The notes beneath the pieces are model-generated. The model did not search any database. It was not told where the DNA came from and saw nothing but the letters and a program-made list of their open reading frames with translations. From an uncultured Syntrophomonadaceae bacterium (lineage in GTDB: Bacteria; Bacillota; Dethiobacteria; DTU022): a DNA stretch of 64,000 bases. Location of the stretch: positions 1,913 through 65,912 of the forward strand of contig CAYXBB010000003.1 in NCBI GenBank assembly GCA_964463285.1. Reading direction: 5' to 3'. Position numbers and translations under genes: made by a program. Of this stretch, positions 62,031 through 64,000 are shown one piece after another (position 1 is the stretch's first letter; each line of letters begins with the position of its first letter).

Positions 62031-62687
62031 ATGAAAATAATTACCGAAACCGGCGGACCTGAAAGGGATTTGGAACAGCTTATCAACCAAGTTCAGGGGG
62101 TAATTTCCTCCCGGGTACTTCTTCAGGGAGAAGAAATTGTAGAAATTCACGTTCTTACCGACACCACCCGGGGACCCAAGCAACAGGTACGAGATATAGA
62201 ATCAGCCATTCTGGTCAAGACCGGAAGACAGATCGATTATAAGCGGATCAGCATTGCCCAATTGGGTAAAGAACAAAAACAGCTCCTGGAAGGCCCACGA
62301 CTAAAATTGTTGGAAATTAGGAGCACCTCCAGCCGGACGAAAATGGCGATCACGGTCACTATCGGCCTGGGTAACAGGAAATTTTTAGCTTCCGAATCCG
62401 GACCCAATATCACCAAAAACCGCCTGTACCTGGCTTCAAAAGCCACTATATCGGCAGTAGAAAAATGTTACGACATATCTTCCAGGCTGGAAATCTATCA
62501 AATTGAAAAAGTGCTGGTATCAGGACATGAAGCAATACTGGCGGCAGTATCGCTGGCTCTGGAATCAAGGGAGGAAATTCTTTTGGGAACCGCCCTGATA
62601 AAGGAAAATGCCCAGGAGGCAGCCGCCAAGGCGGCCCTGGATGCCATAAATCGGAGATTGCTGGTAATAGATCAGGTGAAAGATTGA
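62031..62687 (+). CDS. Hypothetical protein
   Basis: 218-aa ORF after AAGGAG. No family recognised. Confidence 0.5.
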   Translation: MKIITETGGPERDLEQLINQVQGVISSRVLLQGEEIVEIHVLTDTTRGPKQQVRDIESAILVKTGRQIDYKRISIAQLGKEQKQLLEGPRLKLLEIRSTSSRTKMAITVTIGLGNRKFLASESGPNITKNRLYLASKATISAVEKCYDISSRLEIYQIEKVLVSGHEAILAAVSLALESREEILLGTALIKENAQEAAAKAALDAINRRLLVIDQVKD

Positions 62688-62907
62688 AGCCTGCCTGCAA
62701 AACCGGGCAATACCTGCCAAGAGCGAATATCCACGAGCGGAGCTTCCACCAGCGGCAATAGCGGAAAACTGCTGAGAACCAATTAAGGAGGTTTTTATTC
62801 CAATGAAAGCCACCCTCATTAAGGTTCTCACGGCCCTGGCCTGCCTGATTTTGGCCGGTGGGGCAATGTTCAAATGGTAAGCTAGACTCTACTGCAGGCA
62901 GGCTTCA
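62685..62907 (+). repeat. Perfect 15-bp inverted repeat (tgaagcctgcctgca / tgcaggcaggcttca) bracketing a 193-nt segment
   Basis: The arms lie at 62685-62699 and 62893-62907. They enclose the small ORF at 62803-62880. Confidence 0.6.
62803..62880 (+). CDS. Candidate 25-aa hydrophobic small protein (MKATLIKVLTALACLILAGGAMFKW)
   Basis: Strong AAGGAGG ribosome-binding site 8 nt upstream of the ATG. Single predicted TM. Below the ORF-track size cutoff. Confidence 0.35.
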   Translation: MKATLIKVLTALACLILAGGAMFKW

Positions 62908-62938
62908 ATATATTTTTAATCACCTCGGGAGACCTATT

Positions 62939-64000
62939 ATGGAAACACAAGCGCTTCCTTTTAAAGCCAGGGTCTATATTGCTTTGCTGGCACTGACCGC
63001 GCTGGCTTTTATATTCTATCTGTATATAACTATGGATTGGCAAAGCTTTCACTGGCCTTCATTTCTAATTTTTTTGTTTCTTACTTTGATTTCCGATTCA
63101 TTCCCGGTAAATATGCCCCGTGGTGGGGTGGTATCAGTAGGCTTTGCCTCGCTCTTTGCCTCCATTTTGCTGTTTAACCCGTTAACCGTGGTAGCCATTG
63201 CCGTGCTGAGCGATCTGTTTGCCCCACGCAAAGGAAGGACCCTGCCCAAGTATATATTTAATGCCTCCCAGCTAACACTGTCCGTGGGTTGCTCATCCCT
63301 GACCTACAGGCTGTTAAATCCGGCCGGACAAGGTATAACCGCCGTTTTTTTTGGATCCTGCCTGGCAGTGCTCCTCATCTGTTTTTTCTTAAATAGTGCC
63401 TTTGTAACCTTAATCCTGTCCCTTATCCAGGGCAAAAGCCCATATTCGTTATGGTTAACCAATGTAAAATGGGCTACCCCCAATTTTTTAAGCATGGCTC
63501 CCCTGGGAATATTAATAACCCTAATCTATGCCAATATCGGATTCTGGGGACTGGTGCTGTTCCTGGTTCCTTTAGCCCTGGCCAGGCATTCCTTTCAATC
63601 ATACATTGATATGCGCCTGGCCTTTCTGAATACAATAAAAAGTTTATCTACCGCTATCGAAGCAAAGGATCCTTACACCAGGGGACATTCTCAGAGGGTA
63701 TCCGAATATGCAGTGGCCTTGGCCCGGGAGCTGAAATGGCCCGAAGATAAAATTGAGCTGCTTCAATATGTAGCCGTTATCCATGACGTGGGGAAGATCG
63801 CTATTCCGGAAAATATTCTTCAAAAAAAAGGCAGGCTGACCGACGAGGAACTCAAAGTGATGAAAAGGCATACCACTACCGGCTGCGATATCATAAAAAA
63901 TATCAAGTCTTTCGAAGAAGGAGATTTAATCGTTAACCATCACCATGAACGCTGGGACGGAACCGGTTATCCCTCCGGCCTGAAAGGAGAACAGATTCCC
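62939..64000 (+). CDS. 7TM-receptor HD-GYP phosphohydrolase (c-di-GMP phosphodiesterase family), 3'-truncated by the window edge
   Basis: Hydrophobic N-terminal 7TM domain, then an HD-GYP domain (HSQRVSEYA...IHDVGKIAIP...HHERWDGTGYP). There is no stop before position 64000. Confidence 0.75.
   Translation, partial: METQALPFKARVYIALLALTALAFIFYLYITMDWQSFHWPSFLIFLFLTLISDSFPVNMPRGGVVSVGFASLFASILLFNPLTVVAIAVLSDLFAPRKGRTLPKYIFNASQLTLSVGCSSLTYRLLNPAGQGITAVFFGSCLAVLLICFFLNSAFVTLILSLIQGKSPYSLWLTNVKWATPNFLSMAPLGILITLIYANIGFWGLVLFLVPLALARHSFQSYIDMRLAFLNTIKSLSTAIEAKDPYTRGHSQRVSEYAVALARELKWPEDKIELLQYVAVIHDVGKIAIPENILQKKGRLTDEELKVMKRHTTTGCDIIKNIKSFEEGDLIVNHHHERWDGTGYPSGLKGEQIP

Noticed and set aside
1-64000. 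CRISPR arrays, tRNA/rRNA genes, integrases or transposases
   Set aside because: No direct-repeat/spacer periodicity, no tRNA-like GTTCRA T-loop contexts, no rRNA-like segments and no recombinase-like ORFs were found on either strand.

Overview
This window is a 64-kb chromosomal segment from an anaerobic Firmicutes (Clostridia-like) genome. The taxon call rests on several markers: spoIIP, hcp, a Mop-type aldehyde oxidoreductase, a YpsA/SLOG protein, an FmdB zinc ribbon, and mostly GGAGG-type ribosome-binding sites. There are about 60 protein-coding genes and no rRNA, tRNA or CRISPR. The left end carries a 5'-truncated typA, a Rieske-FAD oxidoreductase, and a TetR-MMPL-secreted-protein module. 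A visibly AT-richer island follows at about 8.3-17.6 kb. It holds a lipoprotein non-specific nuclease operon, an MntA/HepT type VII toxin-antitoxin pair, and a tightly coupled minus-strand operon. That operon contains modD, a SAM methyltransferase, a NitT/TauT-type ABC transporter, a cytoplasmic binding-protein-like protein, a HypB/UreG-like G3E GTPase and an atypical ABC ATPase. The most notable signal is a conserved RNA element of about 60 nt that occurs three times on the minus strand, each copy followed by an intrinsic terminator. Every copy lies in the 5' leader of a molybdenum-related unit: the modD operon, a Mop-like aldehyde oxidoreductase plus a TusE/DsrC-like gene, and modABC. I interpret these as Moco (or W-co) riboswitches. 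The rest of the window is housekeeping: cysK, hcp, folD-fchA, clpB-cbpM-dnaJ-like, an OPT transporter with S58 peptidase and amidase, gdh, argF, hisC, hisF, pdxS, a guaA ATP-PPase-only gene, pyrG, spoIIP, serA, and a truncated HD-GYP gene at the right edge.
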